Positions 1 through 12,020 of a DNA stretch of 63,903 bases are shown here, piece after piece. The notes below the pieces were generated by a model. That model did not search any database and was not told where the DNA came from. It saw only the letters and a program-made list of their open reading frames with translations. Position numbers and translations under genes: made by a program. Source of the DNA: Octopus bimaculoides (lineage: Eukaryota); the NCBI RefSeq assembly GCF_001194135.2, contig NC_068981.1, positions 108,105,359 to 108,169,261 on the forward strand, read 5' to 3'. The stretch's first letter is position 1, and each line of letters opens with the position of its first letter.

Positions 1-541
1 CAGGATGATTTGAAATTTATGCATGTATTTTTGTAATTTGTTACTATAATATATTAAATTTTCATAAACTCTGATTGTTTGCTGTATTATGGAAAACAAA
101 TATGTTCTTTAGATGTATTTTTGCAAACTAAAACAGTCTAGATACTAAATTGAAATTGCTTCAAATGTCGAGTGCTTTTCTAACCCTCAGTGCTATACAA
201 ACTTGCAAATTGCAACAAAAAGTAGAGAGAGGGGGGGGAGAGGGAGAGGGAGAGAGAGAGAGAGAGAGATTAATTCTAATTGATAAATAGTTTAATGAAA
301 AAAATTATTTCATAGTTGTGTGTTATGATATAAATGATAGCAAAATGTTATGGTATGAATAAATTATTATTACCTGCTGATTATAATGTAACATAAATTG
401 TTGACAAGAAACTTATGTAATGTGTTTTTCAAAAGTGATAAAAAAAAATAGGATGCAGTATTATAAATAGAATACAATGTAAAATACGTCAGTGATATAA
501 TTTTATTTGATTCACTGATCAATATTTTGTTTTATTTCTAG

Positions 542-662
542 GGAAAATGCATTGGTGACGTTCAACTTGCTGCTACTGTCTCAACCACAATGAATTAAAT
601 TTCATTTAAGAAAACATCAAAACTCTTTCTTTCTAATATTTTGAATAATATCCAGCATAAAA
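542..662 (+). other. Probable 5'UTR portion of the first coding exon of the UNC93-like gene (upstream exon(s) not identified)
   Basis: Pyrimidine tract + AG at 540-541 (ttgttttatttctag|G); in-frame TGA at 642-644 precedes ATG 663; an alternative acceptor (tccag, 654-655) is also possible. Confidence 0.55.
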
Positions 663-1727
663 ATGACTTCAGCAAAATTCCGTGAAGAATTTGACAAATA
701 TGACCCCATTGATGTAGAAGGTGTAGTTATTGAGCACAAAAAATGGATTGCTGAACGCATGCGACGACATCGCAGTACAATGTGGATTAATCTTGCATCA
801 CTTTGTTTGAGCTTATTGCTTATTATAAGCACTTTTATACCACTCCGCAACTTGTTATCAACCATGTACCCTGAAAATGGACTTGGCTACTTTTCTCTTT
901 GTTGTATTTATGCAAGTTATGTCATAGGATGTTATGCATTATCTGCGATTGCTCATTACATTCATCCAAAAGGAGCAATTGTTCTTGCCATTATTGGACA
1001 TTCTATTTTTGCAGGATCACATCTTTACCCATCATTTGAAACCTTAATTCCAGCTTCTTGCATTCTTGGTCTTTGTCAAGCTGTTCTTTGGCGATCACAA
1101 GAACTTCTGTGTACCAGTTATGCTGCCAACTTTGCAGCTTTATCAGGAATAAATGTCAGCGATGTTTTAAAACGTTTCCATATGGCACTTATACTAAGTG
1201 TTCAGTTGGCACAAATAATGGGTAATTCTTTAGTTTCCTTTATCTTCTTTCAGCATCATACTTTAAATAAAGCTCATTTCACTGAAAGAATCAACTCAAC
1301 TTTAACATTTTCATCTGATGAAGCTGCAATGATTGGCTCATCAAATCGTGCTGTAAGAGACATTTCTTATATTCCATCTGAGCCATTGTCAGTTCAACAT
1401 TTTCATTCACCATTTGCTCATGACCATCCATTTGCTGCTATGAATGTTGATTACTGCCCAAAAGAGCCATTAAGTATAGTTAATACATATGCTGGTGAAT
1501 TTCATACAGTAAAAATTGTGTTTTTATCTTTTACAATTGCTGCACTGGTTATGGTCTCAGTCTTTCTCCATAAACCAGATATTTTGGTTCAAAAAAGAAA
1601 TCTAGAGTTTAAACATCAGTTGCATGAAATTTTTCATGTTTGGGTTGAAAAAAGGTGGCTTCTCACAACTGGTGTAGTATTTTATTCTGGGATTCAACAA
1701 GCTCTTATTGTTGGAGAACTAACAAAG
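663..1727 (+). CDS. UNC93A-like: UNC93-family MFS membrane protein, coding exon 1 (355 codons, phase 0 end)
   Basis: Long ORF with multiple TM segments and UNC93 motifs (GLGYFSL, TLIPASCILGL..AVLWRSQ, Q.AQIMGNSL, FYSGIQQA...GELTK); donor AAG|GTAAGT at 1727/1728. Confidence 0.9.
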
Positions 1728-2217
1728 GTAAGTTAACCAATCATTATGATTTTATATTCAAAATAAAGCAAATTACATCTGTAATATAAAAAGAAAACAT
1801 TTCAAATTCATTATCTTATTCTTCAAACTTATTTTATTTCAAAAAGCTTTAGTTCATCATTTTCTTGATATTTGCTAACTTTATAAAAAATGATATAAAA
1901 CTAGCTGATTTAGCAAACAATTCTTATTACATAACTACACAGTAAAATCATACTTGTTTTGATTCACAGAAAACAATTACTCTGCTACTATTATTAGTTC
2001 CTTCAATAGTGGACATTGATCCTTATAGAAGCACTCTAGCTTGCATTTTATTCTCTTATTGTTTTTAGTTATTGGACTGTGACCATGCTGGAATATTACT
2101 TTCAAAAGTCTTTGTTGATCTATCAATCTCAATTTATCAAATAGCTAAGTTAGCTATTTACACCAGTATTACACAAAAATAGACAGACATAATGACACAC
2201 AGATGCATGCATGCATG

Positions 2218-2288
<71 letters not shown>

Positions 2289-2841
2289 CTACTTACATGA
2301 CATGTTTCTACACAGATTATATCTAAGTTCTGCAACAAAGTTTTGGTTAACCTGAGGCTACAGGTACTGCACAGTGGGCCCAACTGTTTTTTTACAAAAA
2401 ATATTAGGTTCTAGCCTTATAAAAAGGAGATAGTTCTCTTCATATGTGAGGTGTTCTCTTTATATGAAATGTGCTATGTAACATTGGTTTGTTACTTTTA
2501 ATGAATTATCTCTTGTCTGATACTGAATTCAAAAATCCTAACCACTTACCTTTTTCTATTTTCACAACAATGATATCCTACATTGCCTATAGCAGAAACT
2601 ACTAACATGGTCGCCAGTCTTTCTTTATAATACTTCTCTTATATATCAACAGATTAGTTATTATTAGGTTTTAAAAATTTTGTCAACATTTGGATGAGGT
2701 AATTTTGTATGTGATAACCAATCATTGTTGAGATGTCTAAGGAGACCACATATTGAACATCCAAAATATAGTTCGTGTTGCTATAGTTATTGTTCTTTTA
2801 CCTAGTCAGCCCCAATTGAACATGCTCATAATTAAAAGTAT

Positions 2842-3160
2842 AGCACAGTGGTTAGAATATCAGGCTCACAATCATGAGGTAGTGAGTTTGATTCCTGGAC
2901 TGGGCTGTGTGTTGTGTTCTTGAACAAGATACTTTATTTTACATTGCTCCAGTTCACTTAGCTGCAGAAATGAGTTGCAGCGTTACTGGTGCCAAGCTGT
3001 ATTGGCCTTCACCTTTCCCTCAGTGGCATGGAGAGGGGAGGCTGGTATGCATGGGTAACTACTGGTCTTCCATAAACAACCTTGCTTGGGCTTGTGCTTC
3101 AGAGGAGAACTCTCTAGGTGCAATCCCATGGTCATTCATGACCGAAAGTGGGTCTTTACC
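2842..3160 (+). mobile_element. tRNA-derived SINE
   Basis: A-box-like GCACAGTGGTTAG and B-box-like GAGTTTGATTCC, followed by a TGTGTTCTTGAACAAGATAC SINE core. Confidence 0.65.
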
Positions 3161-4572
3161 CTCTACCAATCACAATCACCTTATCTTTTGGGTTAAAAAA
3201 AACTATATTATCCAATTTGTCCTTTTCCCAAGATGTAATGCTAGGGTGTTATTTGAGTGATTTAGTTGCTATTTTTTATCAGATTGATAATCATGTAAAG
3301 ACTCCCTCATTGGCTTATTGTTCTCTCATGTGATTATTCTTACTGAATGAGTTTCATTGTGCCTCTGAGAAGGATATTTCATTCTATATGCCTTAATTAA
3401 TCTAGCTGCTCAGAATAGGTCCCGAATCATCTGGTAAAATATTGTCTATTATCTTCTTTCACTTCAAATCACTCTCAGCCATCTTGGAAAAGGACACATT
3501 GGATAACATTGTCCTGCATATCCCTAAAAAAACAAGTTGTTCATGGTTGGATTGTCTTTCTTCATAGGCTTAATGTCATTGAATGCAGAACATGCACTAA
3601 CCCAAATTCTATATTCTTTGAGCCAAGATCTTACATTAAACACTTCTACCAATCATTTAGAATTTCCATCCACTTATTTTTTCCCATAGATGTTGGCTTA
3701 CATATGTTCCAAACTGAACATCAATTGTATCAATCTCATCAAGCTGAGAAAAAAAAAAGAAATTGCAAAATCATGGGCAATGTCCCTTATCTAACTAATT
3801 AATAAAAAAAAGTCAATCATTTACAAACAGATAATTAGAAGAAGTGGATAATAATCATAAGATAATCTTGCCAGGAAGATGAATTACTAAAAAGAACATA
3901 ACAGACAGACACACTGAATATCTGGCATGTAAGCAAAAATAGCTGTAACTTTTTATTGAGTTATCCTGGCATAGCTGAACATGGATTGGCAAAGAGCCAC
4001 CTACAATTAGCCAATAGCCTATGAATCAGTAATCAACCCAGACCTATTGAACTACTGTCTACTAAAAGAATTCAAATTATTAATTTCTGCTTCTTTAAGC
4101 AAATGCAATCAATATTTGCTATATTTAAATCTATGAATTGATCTTCAGTGCTAGTTTCAATGCTAAGAAGTTTTAATAAAGCAACTTTCCAGTCTTGATA
4201 ATTAAACGGCTTTACTCAAAGTGAATCATTTCGTATTTCTATAACAATCTAGCCATAATGTAATCTCTGAGAAATAAAATAAACAGTAATTGACATTTTA
4301 TCTTTTTTGTATTTAAAGAATTAGAAATAATTGCTATTTTCTGGTGAGATGAAAATAGAAATAAGAATTGTTACAAAATACACCTTTTAGGCCTTATATA
4401 ATGGCTAAATTTTCTCAGAAACAAAAATATGTTTCAGGCCTCCAACCTCAAAACATCGTATCTATGTCACTTAGAGTGATGGTGACTAGGAAAACAACAA
4501 ATAGGTTTGCAACAAATACAGCATTGGTTAAAGTGAACTGTTGGGTCATTTTACAGAGTTCCAGATTAGATT

Positions 4573-4968
4573 CTCTTTTACTTGTTTCAGTCATTTGACT
4601 GTGGCCATGCTGGAGCACCGCCTTTAGTCGAGCAAATCGACCCCTGGACTTAGTCTTTGTAAGCCTAGTACTTATTCTATTGGTCTCTTTTGCCGAACCG
4701 CTAAGTTACGGGGACGTAAACACACCAGCATCAGTTGTCAAGCGATGTTGGGGGGACAAATACAGACACACAAACACACACATATATATATACATATACA
4801 TATATACAACAGGCTTCTTTCATTTTCTGTCTACCAAATCCACTCACAAGGCATTGGTCAGCCCGAGGCTATAGTAGAAGACACATGCCCAAGGTGCCAC
4901 GCAGTGGGACTGAACCCAGAACCATGTGGTTGGTAAGCAAGCTACTTAACACACAACCATTTCTGTGC
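4573..4968 (-). mobile_element. Octopus-type tRNA-derived composite SINE (family A), near full length
   Basis: Reverse complement of the copy at 15188-15595; tRNA-like head, internal (CA/TA)n, tail ...CCAGCATGGCCACAGTCAAATGACTGAAACAAGTAAAAGAG. Confidence 0.8.
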
Positions 4969-5986
4969 ATGTACAATGAATTAATTTTAAAGAGGATTAC
5001 AATTATTAATTGAATCTCAACTTGATCAAACCTATATTTTCTTCACTCTATGGTAATTAAGTATCTGGAACATTTTGGAATTAGTAATCAATACTAAACC
5101 ATAATTAGATTTTGTGAATCATCAAATTTTCACCTGCTTTCTTTGGTGTGGCTTGTCTTTATTCAGCTAGAACTGACCAGGGATATTCAGTACTACTACT
5201 ACTCCAAGTTAAACTAATTAAAGTGCTAATGCTTAAGATAAATTGCAGTAATGACACATTATTATTAATAGTTGATGGCAAATCTAAAGTAAATCATTAT
5301 TCATGACTTAGGTATCTAGAAATGTATTCGTTATGATTAATTGCTTGAATTGTAACATAAATAGATTGTAATGACAAATGTGAGGGTATCAGAAAATCAA
5401 GAAATAAGGTTTTGACAAATGCAAAAGTATTGATTAGAATAGAATATTAGTTCATGATAAAGTAGGAAATGATCAAGGAAAGAATATGATGGCTAATGTT
5501 GTAGAGACATTCAATTAAGAAGAAATAATGTAATAATATAAATTGTGAGTCTTTTGTTTAATTCTTCTGAGTATAATTATTTATGAAAAAAATACCATTT
5601 AAATTTAATTAGAAAATTTGATTTAATTATAATAAAAATATTACAGACCAAAAAGTGAGCCTCTGTATGCCCACTCAATCTACTAGGAATAGCAGTCAAA
5701 TTTCCTTCAAATCATACACTTGACAAGGAAGGACACATTAAGTCATTTCTTCCCTGATACACAAATAGATGGAATTGTCATGGCTTAAACACACTTATTC
5801 ATATGCCTGCTTAGTCAGGTTTCATAAACAAGAACAATTTAAAAAAATTATTGCAAAATGTATTTCTAGTAATATTTTTGTTTGTTTAATAGTCTTATGT
5901 TTCACTTCCATGCAAATACAGGTTGGATTAGTTTGCAAATTGTTTTGCATGGGTGAATTTGATGTTTTCACAACTGCATAACTTCC

Positions 5987-6214
5987 TTAACTCTTTAACA
6001 TTCAGATTACTCTATCAAATTTTAAGCTTATTTATATACATTATTTTGATTAATTATGGATCATCCTGTAGCTTTAAGATTTTGATAATGTGATTATTTA
6101 TTATAAGAATGGCATTGTAGGGAAGGTGTGAGAGGTCAGACCTGGCTGGTTTGAACATAAAGACAGGCAGAATATTTGGACTGGAAATGGCCATTTTAAA
6201 TGCCAAGAGGTTAA
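5987..6214. mobile_element. piggyBac-type MITE
   Basis: TTAA at both ends (5987-5990, 6211-6214) with imperfect TIRs TTAACTCTTTAACATT / AAATGCCAAGAGGTTAA. Confidence 0.6.
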
Positions 6215-6397
6215 GGGATCATAATTTACTTTAGAAAGTGAAGTAATAAGTATGTCTTGCATTATGACTCAACACAGTACCATGATTTTCAATTTACAAT
6301 CTTTAAATTAGTGGTCGTACAGTATTTGATGAGTATTTAAAATGAGTACTTAGTTGTTGAGATATAAGAGATTTTAATGAACCTTTTTGATTTTCAG

Positions 6398-6533
6398 ATA
6401 ACCAGCATATGTAGTCTAGGAGTTCCTTATTTAGGATTCTTGATGGTGACATTTGGACTGGGCAGTTTTTTTGCAGACACAATCAGTAGCCGAATTCAAA
6501 AAGTTGGAGGTCGAATATTAACTGGAATTGCTG
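6398..6533 (+). CDS. UNC93A-like: UNC93-like coding exon 2 (136 nt, phase 0 to 1)
   Basis: ttttcag|ATA...GCTG|gtaagc; ITSICSLGVPYLGFLMVTFGLGSFFADTISSRIQKVGGRILTGIA matches the UNC93A 'TCTLGIQFVGYVMICF' region. Confidence 0.88.
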
Positions 6534-6579
6534 GTAAGCATTTTGTCTTAAATTATTACCAAATGTGAAATTATTTTCA

Positions 6580-7292
6580 TCTTACTATAATGGGCATTAT
6601 GTCCGTTTCACCGTCTCTTTGTCTGTTCCCTCTTCACGGCCAGTTAACTGGACCAATGGTTACTATATTTTTCGGGATTACAAAGACAGTCATCAGGAGG
6701 GTTTTTAGCATTAAAAAATCAGAAAGTATGATCATATAATGGATATTGATTTTTGAATTGATAAGCCACCATTACATTGTTATTAAAAATTCACCAACCA
6801 CGAGTAAGTCTGGATTTTCATCATATAGTTTGTGGCCCCATCGTAGATATGAAGTGGATGGTGAGGATAGTTAATAGCAAAAACAAAATGGAAAAAGTGT
6901 GTGTTAGTATATAGTGTATGTGATCATTTAGTGGTTATTGAAGCGTGTCAGTCTCAAGCAGGATTTGAAACGGCTAATCAAAGCGGCTGTTGTTTACATC
7001 CCAGTTTTGTCAATCAAAATAACCCATGGTACCAGAACATCCAGATATTATTCGCATAGAACAATGAGAGGAAAGTCTTAGTTTGATTCTTTGCAACCCT
7101 AAAGATTCTGCTTGCACATTCATAGCAAACAAGACACAGGGCCAGACTTTAGATCGTGTTGGTGTATTTTTACCCACTCCGATGTTTACACATGGCCAGT
7201 TATACATCGCTATGAGTAGAGCAATGGACACCAGTAATTTGAAAATTAGTGTCGACCAAACAGAAAATATCGTCTGCAAAGAAGTTTTGTAA
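6580..7292 (+). mobile_element. Helitron relic with Pif1-like helicase C-terminus
   Basis: 7083-7292 encodes ANKTQGQTLDRVGVFLPTPMFTHGQLYIAMSR...TENIVCKEVL*, a Helitron helicase end; candidate 5' end A|TC at 6579/6580; 3' end not resolved. Confidence 0.75.
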
Positions 7293-7629
7293 TCATATTG
7301 ATATTATCGAAAGGAATATGATTCATAATTTAAATAAGAAATTTTGTGAACTTTGAATGTACAAGAGTATATAAACAAGCATAAAATAGTGTAAACAACT
7401 AAAATAAAATTATATCTAAATAACATGTTTTTCTTAATTCTTTTTATGTAGTGGTCGAAAGAAGCTCTGGCTTTTGGTAGGAGTGGTCCACATAACCATT
7501 CATGATTCAGAGGCTGGGAGCCTATTTCAGTTTGGGAGTGAATTGTCATCACATGTCACTTAGTTGCAAACACATCATATAGCTGCAATAGAATGCTGTA
7601 TCACCAACAATAATGTGATTTCTCTAGAG

Positions 7630-7926
7630 CAGGGGTTTTCAAACTTCTTAACTTGCGGACCCCTTTATATTTCAGGCTTTACCTTAGGGACCCCCTTATA
7701 AACGCTTATGAAATTTATACATAAATATTTGCTTAAAATAACATATATTTTTACATTTATTTATTTAATAGTATTTAACAAATAGGTTTATTGTCAATTA
7801 AAAGATTTCGATTAAAAAACATATATAAAATCAAATTGCCCATAAAAAGTATTTGCTGTCCGTGGACCCCCTGTCTTGTCCTTGTGGACCCCCTGTGGTC
7901 CGCGGACCACAGTTTGAAAACCCCTG
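7630..7926. mobile_element. hAT (Charlie/Buster-type) MITE
   Basis: 16-bp TIR CAGGGGTTTTCAAACT / AGTTTGAAAACCCCTG flanked by a perfect 8-bp TSD CTCTAGAG (7622-7629, 7927-7934). Confidence 0.92.
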
Positions 7927-7934
7927 CTCTAGAG

Positions 7935-8632
7935 GACAGCTGTGTGAAGAAGTGTCACACCCTAAAACTGGAAGGAACCTGTGGAAGAGGTAGATCCAGG
8001 AAGATATGGAGTGAGGTGGTGAAGCATGACCTTCGAACATTTGGCCTCACAGAGACAACAACAAGTGACTGAGACCTTTGGAGATATGCTGTGATTGTGA
8101 AGACCCAGCAAGTCAAATGAGATGCCAGTGTCGCATAACCGGCCCATTTAAAAGCACCCTTCAATCATCAGGCAATATGCTGTGCTTGAGAAGACCTGTT
8201 GAGTCAAGCAAAATTGTAGTTGTGGCTGATGCTGGTGGCACATAAAAAGCACCATTCAAGTGTGGTTGATGTCAGTGCTACCTATCTGGCTCCCATGTCA
8301 GTGGCACATAAAAAGCACCATTTGATTCTTAGATTTAAGGCCTTCCACATTGTCTTATGCATGTCACAGTGAAAGGTATAAGACAGAAAGCTTTTATCAG
8401 TTAGACCAACCTGCCGCTATTCTCTTCATTCTTGTCCAGCAGGTTTTGTGCGTTTAAAAAGTACCCACTACACTCTCAGAATGGTTGGCGTTAGGAAGGG
8501 CATCCAGCTGTAGAAACCTTGCCAGATCAGATTGGAGCCTGGTGCAGCCACCTGGCTTGTCAGTCCTCAGTCAAACCGTCCAACCCATGCCAGCATGAAA
8601 AGCGGACGTTAAATGATGATGATGATGATGAT
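7935..8632 (+). mobile_element. RTE-type LINE 3' end plus 3'UTR/tail (SINE-B-like tail ending in (GAT)n)
   Basis: EDSCVKKCHTLKLEGTCGRGRSRKIWSEVVKHDLRTFGLTE; homologous to 58513-59300 and 53951-54645. Confidence 0.8.
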
Positions 8633-8849
8633 GATCATCATCATCATCCAGTAACCTATCAAGTTCATTTACACATTTCTCAATACATACTTCTGCTATA
8701 ACTTCCCTCCCTCGTTTTATGCTACCATCTCTGATGTATTGAGAAATGTGTAAATGGACTTGATAGGTTACTGGGTGATCATCATCATCATTACCGTTTA
8801 ATGTCTGCTATTCATGCTAGCATGGGCTGGATGGTTTGACTGAGGACTG
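8561..8849. repeat. Large inverted repeat (foldback); core arms 8648-8688 and 8734-8774
   Basis: 41-bp core arms with one mismatch, extended outward by opposed SINE/RTE tails (CAGTCCTCAGTCAAACC... / ...GGTTTGACTGAGGACTG). Confidence 0.9.
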
Positions 8850-9559
8850 CGCTTGATTTAAATTACTATTAAAACAACAGTTTATACTATATTGCTATTA
8901 TGATAAATATTTTTTCAGTGTTGCAAATGGAACAGCCCTACAAATTTTCTCCATTAATTATTCTGTGAGCTTTGTCTCTCTGATAAATACTTACACCAAC
9001 AAATATTCTAATTTATATATGTGTGCCAAACTACACATTTGTGTATGTGCTTATATGTGCGTATGTGTTTGTACAAGCGACTGTACATGCACCAGTCTAC
9101 CTCTCTACTATATCTACTAACAGTTATATCTACTAACGGTTATATTTAATACTTCTTTATGTTGTATTATGTGTGTTTCTTTTTGTATCTGATATTTGTT
9201 ATGGGTCTTCGATAAGAATGAAGCTGTATCCCTTAATTTGCCATTTCTATATATGAAGACCAAGAAAAAACCTTGCGAAACAGAGTTTATTTTAATGAGA
9301 TACCTCTTGAAATCACTTGAGGAAACACATCTACTCCAAGGGATACACCTAAACCCAGTATCCCAGCCATGAGAAATTGATGTTAGATGGGTTGAAACAA
9401 TTGTAGTAATCAATAAAGATATATATATATTCATATGTATGTGTATATANNNNNNNNNNNNNNNNNNNNNNNNNNNNNNNNNNNNNNNNNNNNNNNNNNN
9501 NNNNNNNNNNNNNNNNNATATATATAATTTGTTTATCCATCATTGTTGACCTTGACCAA

Positions 9560-10010
9560 GGACATCAAATGATAGAAGAAGATGGGGCATGGTGTGTTTG
9601 GCTCAGAAAGTACTGCTGCAGGTTGGACACTGGTGGTCTGTTGGGACTGAAGGCAAAGAGTTGGCTCTGAACTTGCATAGTATGCATTTTCTTTGTACCC
9701 CTGCAAACCTACTTGTAGAAGGTGCATCTTCACCAGACAGGGTGGTCTTGTGTTTGCATTTCCCAGGTGTCAGGGTTGATCTCAAAGCTCTTCAGTGAAG
9801 CTTTGAATGTGTCCTTGAAGCACTTAGTCTGTCCACCTTGTATGTGCTTGCCTTAAAACAGTCTCTTGGGGAGTCTTGTGTTGGGCATTTGAACAAGGTG
9901 GCCTACCCACCTGACATGTGTTCCCCTCAGTAGTGTGTGAAAACTTGGTAGGTCAGCTTATACATGATGTCATACTCAGTGACTGGTGTAGCAGTATCAT
10001 AGTGTTACAA
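9560..10010 (-). mobile_element. Degraded RTE-type LINE 3' fragment
   Basis: Minus-strand translation resembles RW.GHLVQMPNTRLPKRLF...GGQTKCFKDTFKASLKSFEINPDTWE. Confidence 0.6.
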
Positions 10011-10049
10011 GAGCAAAGGAGATGCTAAGAGAGAAGTAAATACAAGGGT

Positions 10050-11430
10050 ATCAAATTGCTGGACAAGGTCATAAAAGTTACAGAAAGTGTTATAGTTCAA
10101 TTGTTCAGGGAGAGATTTAGCATGGATGAAATGCAGTTTGGTTTTGTGCCAGAAAGAAATATTACTGATGTTCTCTATTGGTGAACATCAGACAACTGCA
10201 GAAGTATTTAGCTAAAACTAAGTTGTTGCACATATCATTTGTTGACCTGAAGATAGACTTTAATGTGGATCTTCATTCTGTGGTACTAGATGTTGCTAAG
10301 GAAGCTAAGAGTAGACAAATGATTTATAAGATCAATACAAACCATGTTCATAGGTGAGACATAGTAACAATTACATCAATGAACTCATGTCTAGGTAGAG
10401 GTCCACCAAGACTCAGTTTTCAGTTGCCTTCTATTCATCAGAGTACTTCAGGCTATAACAGCAGAGTTTGAGATTGAATACCCATAGAAAATTTTATGTG
10501 CTGATGGCTTCATTCTTATAACTGAATCTATAGCAGAATTAGAAAAGACTTTTCAAGTGTGGAAGTAAAACTTAGATTCAAAGGGTCCCAAAGATAACTT
10601 AGCAATGACTAAAATTTTCGTGAGTAGGAAAACAGACAGACTCAACATCCATTATAGAAAATGGCTTGGCTTGACATGTATAAAAGATGTAAGTAGAAAT
10701 TCCAGATGTTCCCAATGCAAACAATGAACACACAAGAGTTGAATTAGAATCACAGGCAGGTTAACAGAGAACATAGACTTGGTATGTGATAGTTGCAGAG
10801 GAGCAATAAACACTAAGAGCAAATGGGAAATACATTTTTGCAAATGCTCTGGAGGGTTGCTAGAAGTAGTAGATTGCTCCTTTTACATAGTTGAGCTAAT
10901 TAACAGTGGAGGTGGATATTCTGAATGTAAAGTAGCTTGGGTAAGAGAAGGTTAGAGAAAGTTCAGAGAACTGATGTTTTGTTGGTAACAAAAGATTTCT
11001 CTCTATGAGCAAAAGGGCAGACTGTATGATTCTTGTATGCAAACTGCAATGCTACATAGTAGTGAGACAGGTTTTAAATGCTGAGAACTCTCAAAGACTA
11101 GAAAGATGTGAAATAAGTATGTGCTTCTGGATATGCAATGTCCAGTGGACATGAACTATGGAGCACAAATGTATTGAGAAGACAACTAGGTATAGGTGAA
11201 ATCAGATGTTGTGTGTAACTGAGAAGGCTGATATGCTACATATAAATGAAGACGACTGTATAAAGAAGTACTAATCAATTACAGCAGGTGAAACCCATGA
11301 AAGAGGGAAACCCAGGGAGATATGGAATGAAGTTGAGAAGGCTGATCTCAGGATGTTGAGCCTGATGGAGGAGATGACAAACAACTGAGTTGATTGGCAA
11401 AGCATGGCGTTTGGGAATACCTGCCCATCA
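10050..11430 (+). mobile_element. Degraded RTE-type LINE (RT domain to C-terminus)
   Basis: DEMQFGFVPERNITD; VHQDSVFSCLLFIRVLQAITAEFEIEYP*KILCADG (YADD equivalent); many stops and frameshifts. Confidence 0.75.
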
Positions 11431-11682
11431 TGGTGAAACTGACATTCTGAAAGCATAATGTATTTGCACTCACAGCTGAGCCTTTCACCCAATTTGTCCC
11501 TGTTAAGCCTTCCCTCCTTCTCATCTAGCATTCATCCCTCCATCATTCTTCTAACTATTGTATTATTGTGTCTGCAGTAATAATTAAATTAAAGTAGGAC
11601 TACACATTTCATAATCTTTTTCTGTGCTACCAGTTATCTCTTCTCCTTCCCAGAATCACTTCCTTTTGACAACCATCCATCT

Positions 11683-11699
11683 TCATCATCATCATCACC

Positions 11700-11746
<47 letters not shown>

Positions 11747-12020
11747 TTAATGTCTGTTTTCCATGTTGGCATGGGTTGGACAGTTTGACAGGATCTGACA
11801 AGGTTGAGAGTTGCAACAGGTCTGATTGTCTGTTTTGGTATGGTTTCTAGCGTTGGCTTCTTCCTAACACCAACCACTTTATAGAGTGTACTGGGTACTT
11901 TTTATGTGGAACCAGTACCAGTGCTCTTTACGTGGCACCATCACTAGTGCTTTTTATGTGGCACCATCACAAGTGCTTTTTATATGCCAGTGCTTTTTAC
12001 ATGGCATCAGCACTGACAGA
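11683..12020 (-). mobile_element. SINE-B / RTE-tail repeat with (CAT)n
   Basis: Reverse complement of the tail motif GGCGTTAGGAAGGGCATCCAGCTGTAGAAACC...CCCATGCCAGCATGGAAA...(GAT)n. Confidence 0.7.

Noticed and set aside
617-865. 82-aa antisense ORF overlapping the UNC93-like start
   Set aside because: No recognisable domain; explained as the shadow of the sense CDS
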